54,983 nucleotides of DNA, filler included, from Sphacelaria rigidula (GCA_964200075.2; 5 parts of 5 records of this genome joined end to end with filler, not necessarily neighbours in it); one strand, 5' to 3'; counted from the first letter of the whole stretch, positions 24,113 through 37,050 are shown. The notes: generated by a model not told the origin, from the sequence alone. Program-made: numbers and translations.

Positions 24113-24664
24113 CTATGCAATACATGCGATGTCATTTGTTTTCGTTTTTTGATGGTGCAGGCTAAATCGACGGCGTCAAAAGTGAAGGACGGCGATACAC
24201 AACGCTATCGAGGTTACCATTGCCTCGGCCACGCCGAATTCAACAACCAAAAAAATCGTGGTGAAAATAAATAAAACAAAACATATCCCCATCTCATGTC
24301 GCAAGTAATACATATCGATGAGCCTTATGCCGCGAACTCAGGAAATTCGCGTGCATCACTATGATTTCTTGTTTAGAATACGGATACCACAACTTCGAAC
24401 CCATGGTGGACGCGAAGTCAACTCCTGCGCGGACCCATGGGTTTTGAAGAGGACTGACTGAAAGTCCATCTATTGGTTGGGTCCTCACGATAATACCAGA
24501 ACTTCGAAGAGAAGCTGTCAGGCTTGTAGTCTACAACTTCCAGCCTTTTCTCCGGCAAGATACCGTGATCGCGACTGCAGGATCATTTGCAATGACGGAA
24601 CACTAGCAGGGTCGAGATTGTGCTTTCCAGACACTGCGTCACACGCGCCCTCGTTTTCCTACAC

Positions 24665-24985
24665 ACACAACAACAATGTTTTCGTGAGATTCAGAGTGGA
24701 GCGCGGATCGAGAGTGGCTTTGATTGCTCGCTTCAACTTAGCCAATCTTTCATTCCGTGTGTGCTCTTCTTTGCCTCCATCGCTGGCGTGTGCTCAAAGC
24801 TACACGTCGGTATCCTACTCAGGGATATCAAGCGCCTCAGTGGCGAGCTACAACCAACCTACTACGAAGAGAATAATGGGACTGTGGGAGGGGCATTTCG
24901 GAACTGAAACGATTCACTCACTGATTGACCGCTTTTGATTCTCAATCGTATCCTCTACTCTCAAACTCACGAAAATATTGTGAGA
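24665..24985 (+). repeat. Dispersed ~300-bp family containing gggcatttcggaactgaaacg
   Basis: Homologous segments at ~31585-31900 (+) and ~21620-21850 (-), and a fragment at ~45836-45860. Confidence 0.75.
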
Positions 24986-25049
24986 CCAACTGACTGAAGA
25001 TAGACAATTTACCAGGGGTGCGTTGTGTCGGGTGGGGTAAGTACCCGGG

Positions 25050-25275
25050 TAATTACTCTTTCGAATTTCGTGTTGCGATGGTCCGATCTCCGAACTCTAC
25101 CCCACTATTGGGTAAAGTTGTAAAGTTAGGTACAATCGCAATACTCTACCCTTTATCTGGATATCGTCGGGTACGATATCAACACGAGTACCCAATTTAG
25201 GGGTACTTAGTGTACGAGCTATCAAAATACCCACATGTAGCAAATACCCTACCAAGCACACGCTTGGACAATAGA
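25050..25275 (+). repeat. Dispersed repeat (gcgatggtccgatctcc.aactctaccc..tattgggtaaag)
   Basis: Second copy at ~49600-49800. Confidence 0.7.
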
Positions 25276-25705
25276 CCTACAGCTTTGGGCGTGTATCGAT
25301 GGTTGACATCATGACAACTTGATTTTAGAATTGAGAAAGTTCTGAGAAAAATTAATGGTTTGGGACTGGTGAGCAGTGGACACAGCTCGTCCAGGACGTG
25401 TTTTTGTCGCAGGCGCCGATTTCAGGTCTTCCAACGCACCCTTTGCCTAGGGGTACCTACGCACCTACTTGCCCGAGGGTCTCGTACGCCTTGGGGAGGG
25501 GTTAAGATTAGGGTTCGCGTGCTTGTTAGGTCGTTCGAAACAAATCAACCATAGATATACGTCCAAAGCCGTAGATCCCTTCTCCTTTGAATGTGCTCAG
25601 CAGTCAACGGCTACAAGAAGCTCGCATTTCACCCCTCCCACCAGGATTCACCATACCATCATACCCTATCGCCGTCAATCCCCAACAATCAACTATCGTA
25701 CCCAC

Positions 25706-25939
25706 CACGTCAACCTCGCCGACCAAAAATCCGTAGTTCTGCGCCTCTTTAGCCTGGGCGTTGGCCGCAGCAGCTGCCGCCGCATATTCCTCTGCTTTCT
25801 CTTTCCGCACTTTTTGGTGATTTTCCCAGGCCTTCACCGCAGCGCCCATCCGCTCCTTGACACCTTTCTCCCAAACAAGCAGGCAGTTGCCGCATCGCCA
25901 CCCGCCCACCCAGCTTCCGGTTCCCGGGCATCCCGACAG
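25706..25939 (-). CDS. PHD/AT-hook protein exon completing the third PHD finger, then a coiled/Ala-rich segment
   Basis: CAG acceptor. Splicing gives ...CGLCHRWWHMRCAK|LSGCPGTGSWVGGWRCGNC, which supplies the terminal W-x-CxxC of the PHD. GTGGGT donor. Confidence 0.75.
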
Positions 25940-26525
25940 CTGTTTATCGTTTCACGTGCCAAACGTTTAAACCATTCGTGGGTACCGCATAGTCAAGTAC
26001 GGGGGTCGATGGGATTAGGGTACCATCAAGCTTAAAAGTGTATTTTCCACCTCAATTTCGAGAGCTGGCTGATGATTGATTGATTGTCGCACTTCAACTG
26101 GTGCCCCAGGGATCCAGCCATGTCACTGTGATGGACGTACCCGAGTTGTGCTTATAAATTGGTATGCGCAAGGGCAAACTACAAAAAAATGCACGCTGCA
26201 CTTGGGGTTTTTCTGTACGAGGTAGAGAGCAAAAAGAGATCTCCATTCTCTTGATTAGAGGATAGACTCGATGCGCGGATCATGGCCCAAATCACCCGCG
26301 TCCATGAGATACGGCTCTTACAAATCAAGTCCGTTTGTAGGCTGGCCCAGTTCGTACAGTCGGAACACCCTGACCTTCACGTGCCCAGGGCCATCACCGT
26401 GACGTCAAGAGAGATAGTGGCAACATAGCAATCACTATCGCTCGCGCCCGCGTTCCACCCACACCATTACCATCACCATTACTGTCACCGTCAACAAACA
26501 CATCACACACACACACACACCTCAC

Positions 26526-27049
26526 CTTTGCACAACGCATATGCCACCATCGATGGCATAAGCCGCAGTACTTTCCCTGCTTCTTCTTGCCCTCCACGTG
26601 ACACGTAACGCAGCAAGTGTCCACGTTCCCCCCGCAACTCCCCGTCGCGCCCGAAGTCGCCCTCACTGCCGTTCCGCCGGACGGCCGCCCACTACCAGTA
26701 GCTCCCCCGGCTGCCGTTGCGCCCGTTGTCGCCCTTGCTGCAGCTACCGCCGTCGACGCCACAGCAGGCGCGGTTCCTTTCCGGTGGGGGATACGCCCAG
26801 TGCTGGTTATGACACTGGCGGCCGCTAGCAGGCCGGCTACCTTGGCGCCGTTGTTGATATTCCCGAGCGAGGAGTAGGGCGTGTTACCGCCACTGCGGTA
26901 TCCGTTCCTAGGCGGCGGGTCCAGGGGGTAAGCGTCCTTGCGCGGACGGCCGCGGCCGCGCTTCGGCGGCGCTTGGCCCTGATCTGGAGGGTGTATCCTT
27001 GCCGGTAGTCTATTACCTATCGCTTCTCCGATGGGGCCGGCGGGGCCAA

Positions 27050-27083
<34 letters not shown>

Positions 27084-28598
27084 AGACGTGACCACGCTCC
27101 CCACTACCGCTCGTTGAGCAGCGGCGGTGTCCACGGTAGGCCTTCCGTCCGGTTTCTTAACTTCCGCGACTCCCCGGGGATCGTGCTGCTGCAGCAGCGG
27201 TGGCGACGGCGGCGGCGGCGGCGGCTGCTGCTGCTGCTGCTGCTGCTGCAAGACTAAGCTGTTGCGACCACCGATGCAGTTGTTGTATGCGGCGATGGCC
27301 GCCTCAGTTTCTACGTTTTTTGCAGTGCCCTTTTTGCTCCCGCCGCTGCCGCTGCCGTCGCTGGGCATTGGCTGGGCGTTGTTTTCCGAAGCTGCACTAG
27401 CCTGCATTCTCGCCGTCAGGCGCTTCTTCGGACCTCGAACCATTGTGTTGACACCCAGCGATCCGACGGAACCCGAGCGTCCACCCTCCACTCTGCTTGC
27501 CACATTTTGATAGTTGGGCGGACGCGCCTGCGGAGATAGAGAATCCCGCTTTGTCGACCCCGGCGGCGGCAGCGATGGTGGCGGACGCAATGTCGGGGTA
27601 TTCCTCGCCTCTTCCCCCAGCCTATCCGTCCCCTCGCCTCTCCCGTCACCTGCCACCGCGGTGTGGCGCTTTAGCCTGCCTAATCGCCGGACCTTGCACT
27701 CGGGGCACGGCCACGTACCATCTTTGCGTTTGGGTAGCGCCGCTACGCAGGCCGGGTGCGTGATTAGATTGCAACCGGGACAGTGAGTCGCGCCGGGACA
27801 AGCCCGCCACTTTCTTCCCCCTTTGGCTTCGGCTTTGGTCAACTCTCGTCGGTTGTCCTTGAAACAAATGGGACACCACGGCTGATCCCCGTGGACCTTG
27901 GTACCCTTGCCCTGGAAGTACGCGTGGAGTTTTCCCTGGCCACGGGTTCCGCCTTCACAGAGTGGACACACCCACTGTGGGGGCGGGTAAAGCCTCGCGG
28001 CGGGGTTAAACCCCACGCAACCCGGGTGGTATTCCCCGTTGCACTTTCGACAGCACACGGTCGTGCGCTTTGGTCCCACCTTGCACGCGTCGCAATGCCT
28101 CGCCGGCGGTTCGCAATTGTCATCATCCTTCTCCAAGGCCAACACCGCTGGAGTTCTATTTGTTGCCGACCGAAGGAAACCAGAACAATCCGTGTCTTCA
28201 TCTCCGCTTTGGCCCCGGCTGATGCCGCTGGTACTGCTGCCGGCACAGCGCTTCTCGTCTTCCAGGGCGGCTAACGCAGCTGCCGCCGGCGCCTTGTTCA
28301 GGGTGGCTAAATTCATGGCCGCACGCGCCGCATCATCTCCGTCACTACCACTTCCACTGTTGTCGTGCACGTTAGCTGTCAATCTTCTGGCTTCCACATG
28401 GCTGGTGAGCCATCCCCTGTTACCATTGTACGCAACGCCGGACGCCACTGCTGCCGGTGTCGCCGCCGAGATGCTGCCTGCAGCGTTATGTTCCATTCGT
28501 CTGCACTGTTGCGGAATCGACGCCGCTGTAACTGCTGCAAGACTTGTCTCCGAAGCTGTTATTCCAACCGCCGGCTTCGCCATGTCTCCCATAACCAT
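26526..28598 (-). CDS. Chromatin protein with two PHD fingers, an AT-hook and the start of a third PHD (large exon)
   Basis: CDAC..CRKC...HPGC...WVCPLC and CPIC..CPGC...HPAC...WPCPEC (C4HC3), KRGRGRPRK (AT-hook), CVTC..CGLC...HMRC. GTGAG donor at 26525. The start ATG at 28598 is tentative. Confidence 0.85.
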
Positions 28599-28750
28599 CG
28601 CGTGATGTTGCTTCTTTTGTTGTGAAAATAATATTGTCACCGTAGGCGACGCCGCGCCCTCGTCTTTCTTCGACTTCGAGCGTCCTGCGGGCGCACGTCC
28701 AGGCAGGTGGGACCAGTTTAATATCGCCACTACTTGTCCAGTGGTGGAGG

Positions 28751-28814
28751 TCCCAGTTTAAGGCGGTATGTCGTATAGCTGTACAACCAAAGCTCGACCG
28801 CCTTAAAGTGGGAA
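28751..28814. repeat. Short hairpin / MITE remnant upstream of the PHD gene
   Basis: tcccagtttaaggcggt pairs with accgccttaaagtggga. Confidence 0.55.
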
Positions 28815-31800
28815 CTCGCTCAACATCGAACTGGATTGATTACTAGGCCCTACCCTCTGGAGGAGTAATGGTGCAGGCTAATTCAAACTGCCGTCACGTG
28901 GCGATCTGCCTTGAAAAGAGCCGCACCAAGTGGGGACATCTCTCTACGCTGCAGAATATGTGAGATTTGAAAAAATTATCGAGCATAATAATAGTGTAAA
29001 AACCAACCGAAACAAGAAAAATCATTACGATAAATCAATCAATCAACTGCGTGTACATACTCGTAAATAGATGCCGGGCAGCAGGTGCTCGGCTCTTCTC
29101 TTGCGTTTTCTGTTGTGTTGTCCTGCTGTGTGCATCATTTTATTGCACTGATGTATCGTACAGTACAGCCAACACCGTACAGTACCGCAGCATGACATGA
29201 TCTGCTGTTGTGTTTCAGACAGTGGACGTTGAAGACCAGACAACGGTACAGTAGAGTAGAGTACAGTGCAGTACAGCACCGTCTGCAGTGTGGACAGTAC
29301 TCACTGGTTGTACCGCACACGTGTACCGTACTGTTGTCTCATGGAACTGATCGATCATCTATGCGGCTTGACTCCTTGCTCTTTACACGCAGCGCACAAA
29401 CGCTCGCATCACATTCGCGGTTGATTTTACTCACCCTCCTCTCATATTTTTCAGTTTTGCATCCCAACATAATTGATGTGCGACAATCCAAGGACAATCA
29501 TCCAAACGATCAGTCGAATGCAACTTCATGGGCAGTGGACTCCAAAATCGATGCGCCACGACTTCGTTGCTGTTTTTTCAACATGACATGTTATCCAACT
29601 GTACGGTTGTGATGTACAGTCAGTACAAACCCGATGCTCACACTCGTACATGCACGGCCTTTGTTCACAGTAGTACAACAGTCAGTACAACAGTAGTGGG
29701 GCGCTACAGTCGGTAGTACTCAAGTCAGAAAATATTGAAGTGCGTTCACATGAGATGACCCCGTCCGAACGGTCTCCCGGTGTCTCATCAGGGAATGACT
29801 GCACCGACGTGCACGGAAGGTAGGTGAGGTGCTGTACTAGGCGTACCGTTCAGTTAAATACAATACCACTTGCTTTTGTTTCGCTTGGAGACCCACACAC
29901 CACCGGCCACGCGCCTGGTCGAACGACGAATGTCCAGCCCACCTCTAATCATCTCTGTCGCATGGTACCACATTCTATATCCGATTGTGCGGTACTCCAC
30001 TGTTGTTGTGTAACGCGTGGAGAGCTGTGCCCTTATACATGCAGGGAACTGACTGATCAAATGGAACGGCCGTGCTATTGTTGTCAAGTGACATGCTGGA
30101 TGCTGTAGTTCATGTACTCTTGACTCTCGTGCTGTTGTCTGTCGCATGTACCAGCAACTTCCATTATACTGTCTGTACTGTTCTTGTAGAAGAGCTTGAA
30201 CAACCAACAGACAACAGAAAGAGTGTCAATGACATGGGAACAAAAATCACCTGCAAACGCCGAAGACCACGCCAGTGCTGTGAGTCCCGCTCCTTGAAAA
30301 ACTCGAAAGTAACTAGAAGACACCAACTTCGGCTTTCTTCGCCAATAACACCAGCCAGCTAGGCACGGCTGCCTTTACCGCTTTGCTCCTGTGTCGTGAT
30401 CGTCGCGACAGTAGAACAGCACCGTACGGTTGTTGTCTCTGCAGGTTCGGCTCAACAGAAGTCTATCCGTTTGTATTGACTTCCTGTATAGTACAGTATT
30501 TTGTACAGACAAGCAGCACCACAGTCAAGTGCAGAGAGAATAGACAATATCTGATACGGTTCAGCACGGCGTACAGTACAGTACAGGACAGACAGTACGG
30601 AACAGTACCGCAGACAGTACGGTACTGTAACACACCGGCAGAGACAGTAACGTTCGGCTAGGAGCCTGTTCGTTCGCTCACTCCTCTGGTTCAGCGCACG
30701 CGGCCTGACCCATCCCAGATCCGAAGCCCAGTTCCCTACTACCCACTGCTCGTGCTGCTACTGCTCCAAAACTCGTCTCGCGGCGGAATCTGTCGGGTGC
30801 GGCTGGACGAGCTGAGTTATACTGCACGATATGGAGTCTCACTTGCTGCCGCTTTGCAGCAAAAAAAGACTTGCGATGCAAGCCCTAGGTAAACAACAGG
30901 CGCATGGACCCTGAGACGGCGTTTTTGCTCTGAAACCAGCAGCAGTAGGTGTTGATGAGACAAGCCTTCAGCTTGCTTTTTTGAGTAAATTAGGTCAAGT
31001 TTCAGTATCATTTGTTTTATATACGTTGATTTTTTGGCTTTTTAACATAAACACTTACCGCCTGCCAACCTTGTTTTCGGGGGATCGGGATCGTGCACGC
31101 CTCACACCATATCAACCACTATTTTCGCTATCTTCCTCAGACCCGCAGCACCAAGACATACTGAGGAAGCGGCATGTTGTGCTATCTGTATGTCGTTGAT
31201 TTCCGTTGCCTCGACCACGATCATAACACAAGAGTGTACTTACTCATGGGCAGCCTCGTAAGTTGATATATATTTCTAAATCAACCCAGTAGCTGCATTG
31301 GCAAAGAGCAAGAGATGTATCCCAATTGTCTCCAGCTGAACAGCTGGTTCTCGTACTTACTTCTAACTGCTTCCGTACACCACGAGTATATTGTAATGTA
31401 CGCGAATGCTTGGCGTATCGTTCAATTTGCGCGCTTACGGTACGTGCGCACGATGTTGCTCTGGATCGCTTTCAACGAGGCGATATTTCCCGCATAATCT
31501 TAGATAGGTTGTCATGGGGTTCGAAAAAACTATTGAAAATGCATGTATTTTCCCTCTCATCAGGAGGAAGTAGAAGATACAAAAATAACAATGTTTTCGT
31601 AAAATTTAGAGCACAGCGTTGACTGAGAGTGGGTTTTATCATCCGCTTGAACTTGCCGAATTTTTCATTCCGTGTGTGCTTGTTTATGACTGTATCACTG
31701 GCGTGTGCTGACAACTGCACGTCGATATCCTATACAGGGATATCAAGGGTCCCAGTGGTATGCTACTACAGAAAGCGTATCGGACCTCGTGAAGGGGCAT

Positions 31801-32952
31801 TTCGGAACTGAAACGATCAATTTACTAATTGACTGCGTCTCACTCTCGATCGCATGGTCTACAACAACAACAGTAGCACTCTCCATCTCACGAAAATAAT
31901 CCGTTGAAGCGAGCCGTTCTGCATTATCTACACGTAAATCGATATGAAAAAAAGCCGACCGAGCACAACGAGCAGCTGGGAATTCCCACGCTTGGGTTCA
32001 TTTTCACCAATGTCGCCCATATGAGGCGCTTCATGTAGAAGAGTGAAACCAAGCATTATGCGCTGTATAATCGTTTTCTTCGTAGCAGTTTTATACTTGT
32101 CGAACACAGGACACCCCATAACATGTGGAAGCATTTCAACACAAAATAAAGCCCACACGAGACCCTGTCACTATCGTGGCAAATCGATTGCGGTGCCTTT
32201 CACGCACCCCATGGACCGTTTCCTACATTTTTTTTTCCTTTTTCGGGGGAGGGGGACATTTTCCACTTTTGAGACATCTGACACGCTTTTTGGGCCACGA
32301 ACAACCGGGAATATCGCCATCACACATCTTGAATGGTGTACATTACCCCACCGAGCGGGATGTAGCCCATTTTCCCGATTCTCTTGGCTCCGAGTTTTGG
32401 AGAACGGTCTCCGAAACAAAACTACAGCTGAACAAAAAATGCAGTGTCTCTGTAGGTTTTTTGTGTTCCCCTGCTGTTTGGGGACCAAAAACCGAGTCTG
32501 ATGTCCCAAAATAAAAATGCCCCCCCAAAACAAATCCGCGAGCCTGGTCCAGTGAAAACCCGGCGTGCTCCGTCCCGGCTTTGTAGGGATGCGAGGCCAA
32601 TGCTCTTGCGACTATGGCATGCATGATCATGAGTACAACCCCCCAAAAAACGTGAGAAATGGCCTCACGGATCTTCTTAACGGAGCATTTTCTCAGTATT
32701 TACTTTTTCTTTTTTCAAGTTTTTTTTTCTTTTCCTTCACCGATTTTTTCCAGACAAAGCTGTTGGGGAAAAAATCCGACGCTATCTTCTCGGAGGTTAA
32801 CTTTCTTCGATATGTTACGTGATTTAAAGAAGCCATGTGCTCCCACATTTTCCGGAGGGGAGTTTTTTTTTCCCGGGAAATTCGGGGATATTTCGGGGGG
32901 GGGGGGGGGGGGGGGGCCCAGTCTTTTGGTGTTGTTTGTCTTTTGTGTTGGG

Positions 32953-33052
32953 NNNNNNNNNNNNNNNNNNNNNNNNNNNNNNNNNNNNNNNNNNNNTTAA
33001 TTAATTAANNNNNNNNNNNNNNNNNNNNNNNNNNNNNNNNNNNNNNNNNNNN
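32953..33052. other. Artificial contig linker
   Basis: N44-TTAATTAATTAA-N44. Confidence 0.97.
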
Positions 33053-34174
33053 GCTATTACTGTTCTGTCCCCATCTCTCTATGCGTGACGACCAGTACTG
33101 TAACTTTTGCTTGAACCAACCATCGATGATGCGACAACCGCCCGTTGGTGGCGAGAGAGCCTAGCTTGACCCTAACACCAGCCCCGAGATCGCAAAAGTA
33201 CAACAGTGTTCCACAACCCACCGGATCATAAAGGACCGACGCGCCGTAAGCTGTGAGTCCACTTATTGTGTCAATAGACGTGATTCATCCGGAGCAGATA
33301 TAATTTTTTCAAGTGAAGTTGATGCCGATTCAACAGATGACCTTTTCTCGTCATCTAAGGGTTAACCGTTGAGCTACAAATGTTCATGGTTGATATTACT
33401 TGATGTGAGTGTTAACATCGAGAGTCGGAATCGGATCTTTAGTAGGGCTGACAGTCCCGTGTGCTCCTCGCATGCGCAAAACACGTTTTCGTCAAAACCG
33501 ACGCCATAGGCGCCGATTTAAGGTCTACCATGGCCGCACTTTGCCAAGATAATGCTATGTACCGCCCTTGCCCGAAGATTCTCGATATACTTTCGGTTGG
33601 GGTTAGGGTTAGGGATCGACACAATAAATGGACTCACAGCTTACAGCGCGTCGGTCTTTTGTTATCCGGTGAGTTGTGAAACACTGTTGTACTTTTGCGA
33701 TCTCGGGGCTGGTGTTAGGGTCAGGCTAGGCTCTTCCGCCGAGGTCAGTTTACCACTGGGGATGGTGAGAAATTTCTGAAAAACTTATAACTTCGAACAT
33801 ACTATTACACTAACACTAACCCTAACCCCAACGAAGGCACACCGAAAACCCTCCGACGAGGGGGTGGAGAGTCCTACATAGGCAAAGAGTGCGTTGCCAG
33901 ACCTCGAATCGGCGCCCCAGGCGCCGATTTCGACCAAAACGCGTTCTGCGCAAGCTAGGAGCACGCTTGGAGCATAGCCCCATTAAAGATCTGGATTTTC
34001 GCTGTTCACACTAAAACCAAGTCGAACTATCTGAGAAATTCTCACCATCCCAAGTGGTGAACTCTCCTGCTTCCGCCACCAACGGGCGGTTGTCGCATCA
34101 TCGATGGTTGGTTCAAGCAAAAGTTACAGTACTGGTCGTCACGCATAGAGAGATGGGGACAGAACAGTAATAGC
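33053..34174. repeat. Nested inverted-repeat complex
   Basis: 33053-33152 is the reverse complement of ~34074-34174. 33156-33272 pairs with ~33617-33733. ~33423-33615 pairs with ~33806-34005. Confidence 0.88.
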
Positions 34175-34799
34175 GGATAGACCCGGGAACTATTTCCGGG
34201 GAGAAAGGGGCGTAGCCGTTGTGGCGTCCGGGAACGGCAAATGAGCGGGAAAAGAGCCGAGGGTGTGGGCGCCATGACTGGAGTTGGCGCGTTGACTCTC
34301 TTGCGCGCGATGTGCCGCATCAGGTACAGTGTAGAGAGCGATGGCCCAGCACAGGTAGGTTCTCGGCCGATCGGTGGCCAAGATAAGGTACGATTGAAAA
34401 AGAATTTCTAGATCAGGTATACCTGGGAGAAATTTGGCCTACAAAAAGTGAGCGGCTTCTGGAGGCGAGACGTCCCTTTTCACGTGGCCATATCTCTCGA
34501 GTAACGTTTTTTTCCCGTTTGTTTTGGAGACCCGGGTGCCAATGGCCACCCCACCGATTGATGTGCGTGAAAACCTCGGAGCGAAAACGGTCAAAGAGGC
34601 GTTTTTGGCTCTTTTCGCGTTTCTGGCCATTTTTCGTACCTTTCTTGGGCAAAAAACGAGAAGGTATACCTTTTCTGGGGCATTGCTCTCTTTTTTTACA
34701 CCCGATCTTGGACGATCACTGTCATGACTCATACAACGCATCATCGCTACTGCAGGCATACAGATACGCTCTGAGCGTTATCCTGTGCATCAGTACGTA

Positions 34800-37050
34800 T
34801 TAGAGTCGCAGCCAGAGTGAATGATACCCCGCTGAAATAATCACAATCGATTCTGCAGCAGATGTACCATGTATCAGCAAAACATTCATAGATGAACACC
34901 CAGCCATGATGGCAGCTGATATAGAACCAGTACCGCCAGGGCCCATGGATCTCAGAAGCACGGACGGCTCTTCCATAAAAAACCCTAGGGTTCATTCGTT
35001 TCGAGCTTACGTTGGGGATCAGGACCCTGCCAGTAGAAGCGTTTGAATTACCTAATCTGGGGCCGAAATATATATTACTACACAATTCCATCATGAGTGC
35101 TTTCGAAGCTATACTCAACTGGCGGGCGGAAGAACTGAGATTCCGTGATTACAGTATGAAAATCAGAACATCGCATCGAAAACAACAGGGTTGACAAGAC
35201 CCTACACACTCCGAAACAACACATTATTCTGTTGTTCGTGTGAAATGTTTCAACGACCCGGTTCCAGTCTCTATGAAAAAAAAAAAATGCAGTGGGCCAC
35301 CGCAATGACAGTGTTAGTCGAAACAGAGAATATCCCGTCAACAACGACAGCAGCTGTCGTACAGCACCCACAATAACCGAGGAAGACATTCGATCGCGTG
35401 ACGTGCCCAGAGCATTCACGCGCATCATTCTTGCAAAAACATTATGCACGTAGTCGGCAACAATAAGACGGCAATGGAACAAATCACCAACCCGTCGAGC
35501 CGACAGTTTAGCTGAAACGCAATACGATTTTAGGCTATATCACCTCGATACAAGAGACGACAAACCGGAAAAACTTCATGTTGTTTCGGACACCCTCTCA
35601 CGACTGTTTGCGTTTGAAGAGTATCACGAAGCTGAAATCAAGCGGTTGCTTACACAAATATGTTGTAACGTACCACGAGACCCTGCGCTGCAAATAGCTG
35701 AACCACAGGATCAATTTCAAATATCAGCTGAGAAGCTCGACCGTTTAAAGCCGGTGCACAGAGACCGAGAGCTGTGCGTCGACCGCGAAGCAATTGCAAA
35801 AACAGCAAGCACGGGGGAGTACGCACACTATGTCAGGATTGCTATGCCGAAAGAACGGTCCACGACCGGCCAAAATTTGCCAATGGGAGACACTTTCTAC
35901 GATAGCCCTCCCCCCAAAGTGCATGGTTTTGGGAGGCAAAACCTTCACGTGAATCGAAATGGGGAAAGCCGAGCACAAGGAGCTGCTGGGAATTCCCACG
36001 TTTGGGTTCATTCTCGCCAATGTCGCCAATATGAGGCGCTTCATGCAGCCTTAACCCAAACATCACGCGCTGCATTGCCATTTTTTTCGTGACTCTTTTG
36101 GGTTGGTTTTTTGGGGGGGGGCTATCGTAGAATGTGTCAGGACACATTCCGGTAGACCTGTCATACGAAAGAATGTCGGCAGACCTAGTCGAATACAAGA
36201 CAGCTTCGATGTCAAACGCTGGAGTACTATGTAAATATGTACAGTCTGTAATGGACCACCTCACAAGGTATGCTTTGCTCATTCCAGTGTCCAAAAACAG
36301 GCCACGTCAACAGCCAAAACTCTTATCGACTGAGTTTCACGACAGTTGCCACCTCGGAAAAGCTGCATTCAGATCAAAGAGCCGAATTGGGAACAAGCTA
36401 ATACACGCATGGCAACAAGAGCTGGGTTTCAATAAAACTCGCACGACACCGTTACGCTCGCAAGGTAATTCACTGTCGGAACGAACCCACTCCCCTATGC
36501 AAGCGTATATGTCAGTTGGAAACGAAACATTGAGTATCCATGCTTCCGTTCATCCAAATGGCGTTCGACACATCCTATCACGATGATGTACAAGAGACAC
36601 CGTATTGTTTGTTGTTCGGAAGACAGCCCAGACTACCAATCGACATCATACTCGGCAAACCTGAAGAAGCCAAGCTCCAACACGTCGTCTACCTTCAAAA
36701 GCATTGGTCAATTCACGGTAACCTAAACAGTAGATGGAAACGGGTGTGTCAAATCCTCGTAAGCTATACAATACTCTTCTATAGCCGATACCAACTACTA
36801 AAAAATAGACTATTGTCTGACATTACAGAACGTGAAGATTTCGCGGTGTGTTTTCCATCCAATCTTGATAAAGCTGCCCAGGATCTGAACTAATCTCCCG
36901 ATGCCTTTACATCAACTGGTTAGTTGTCAGTGTACGTGTATCCCACAGACTTGGGCCCTTTCCCGGAGCGAACCCTCCGCTGACGCAAACATGTTAATCA
37001 TTCACGATTCTGCCGTTTCGAACCGTCCGAATCCGCATTTTCAAGACTGT
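34800..37050 (+). mobile_element. Decayed Ty3/Gypsy fragment (protease, RNase H tail, integrase), no RT visible
   Basis: IDSAADVPCISKTF...LRSTDGSSIKTLG (retropepsin-like), KPEKLHVVSDTLSRL, VMDHLTRYALLIPV, TTPLRSQGNSLSERTH and LPFIQMAF...TPYCLLFGRQPRLP, with many stops and frameshifts. Confidence 0.75.
35889..36138. mobile_element. MITE inserted in the Gypsy integrase region
   Basis: TIRs gacactttctacgatagccc / gggctatcgtagaatgtgtc. The internal sequence is shared with ~31935-32100 and ~54720-54915. Confidence 0.8.

Noticed and set aside
1..28730. Apparent cluster of mitosis/chromatin genes (CAP-H, PLK4, PHD protein)
   Set aside because: The genes lie on different size-sorted contigs, so adjacency is artificial.
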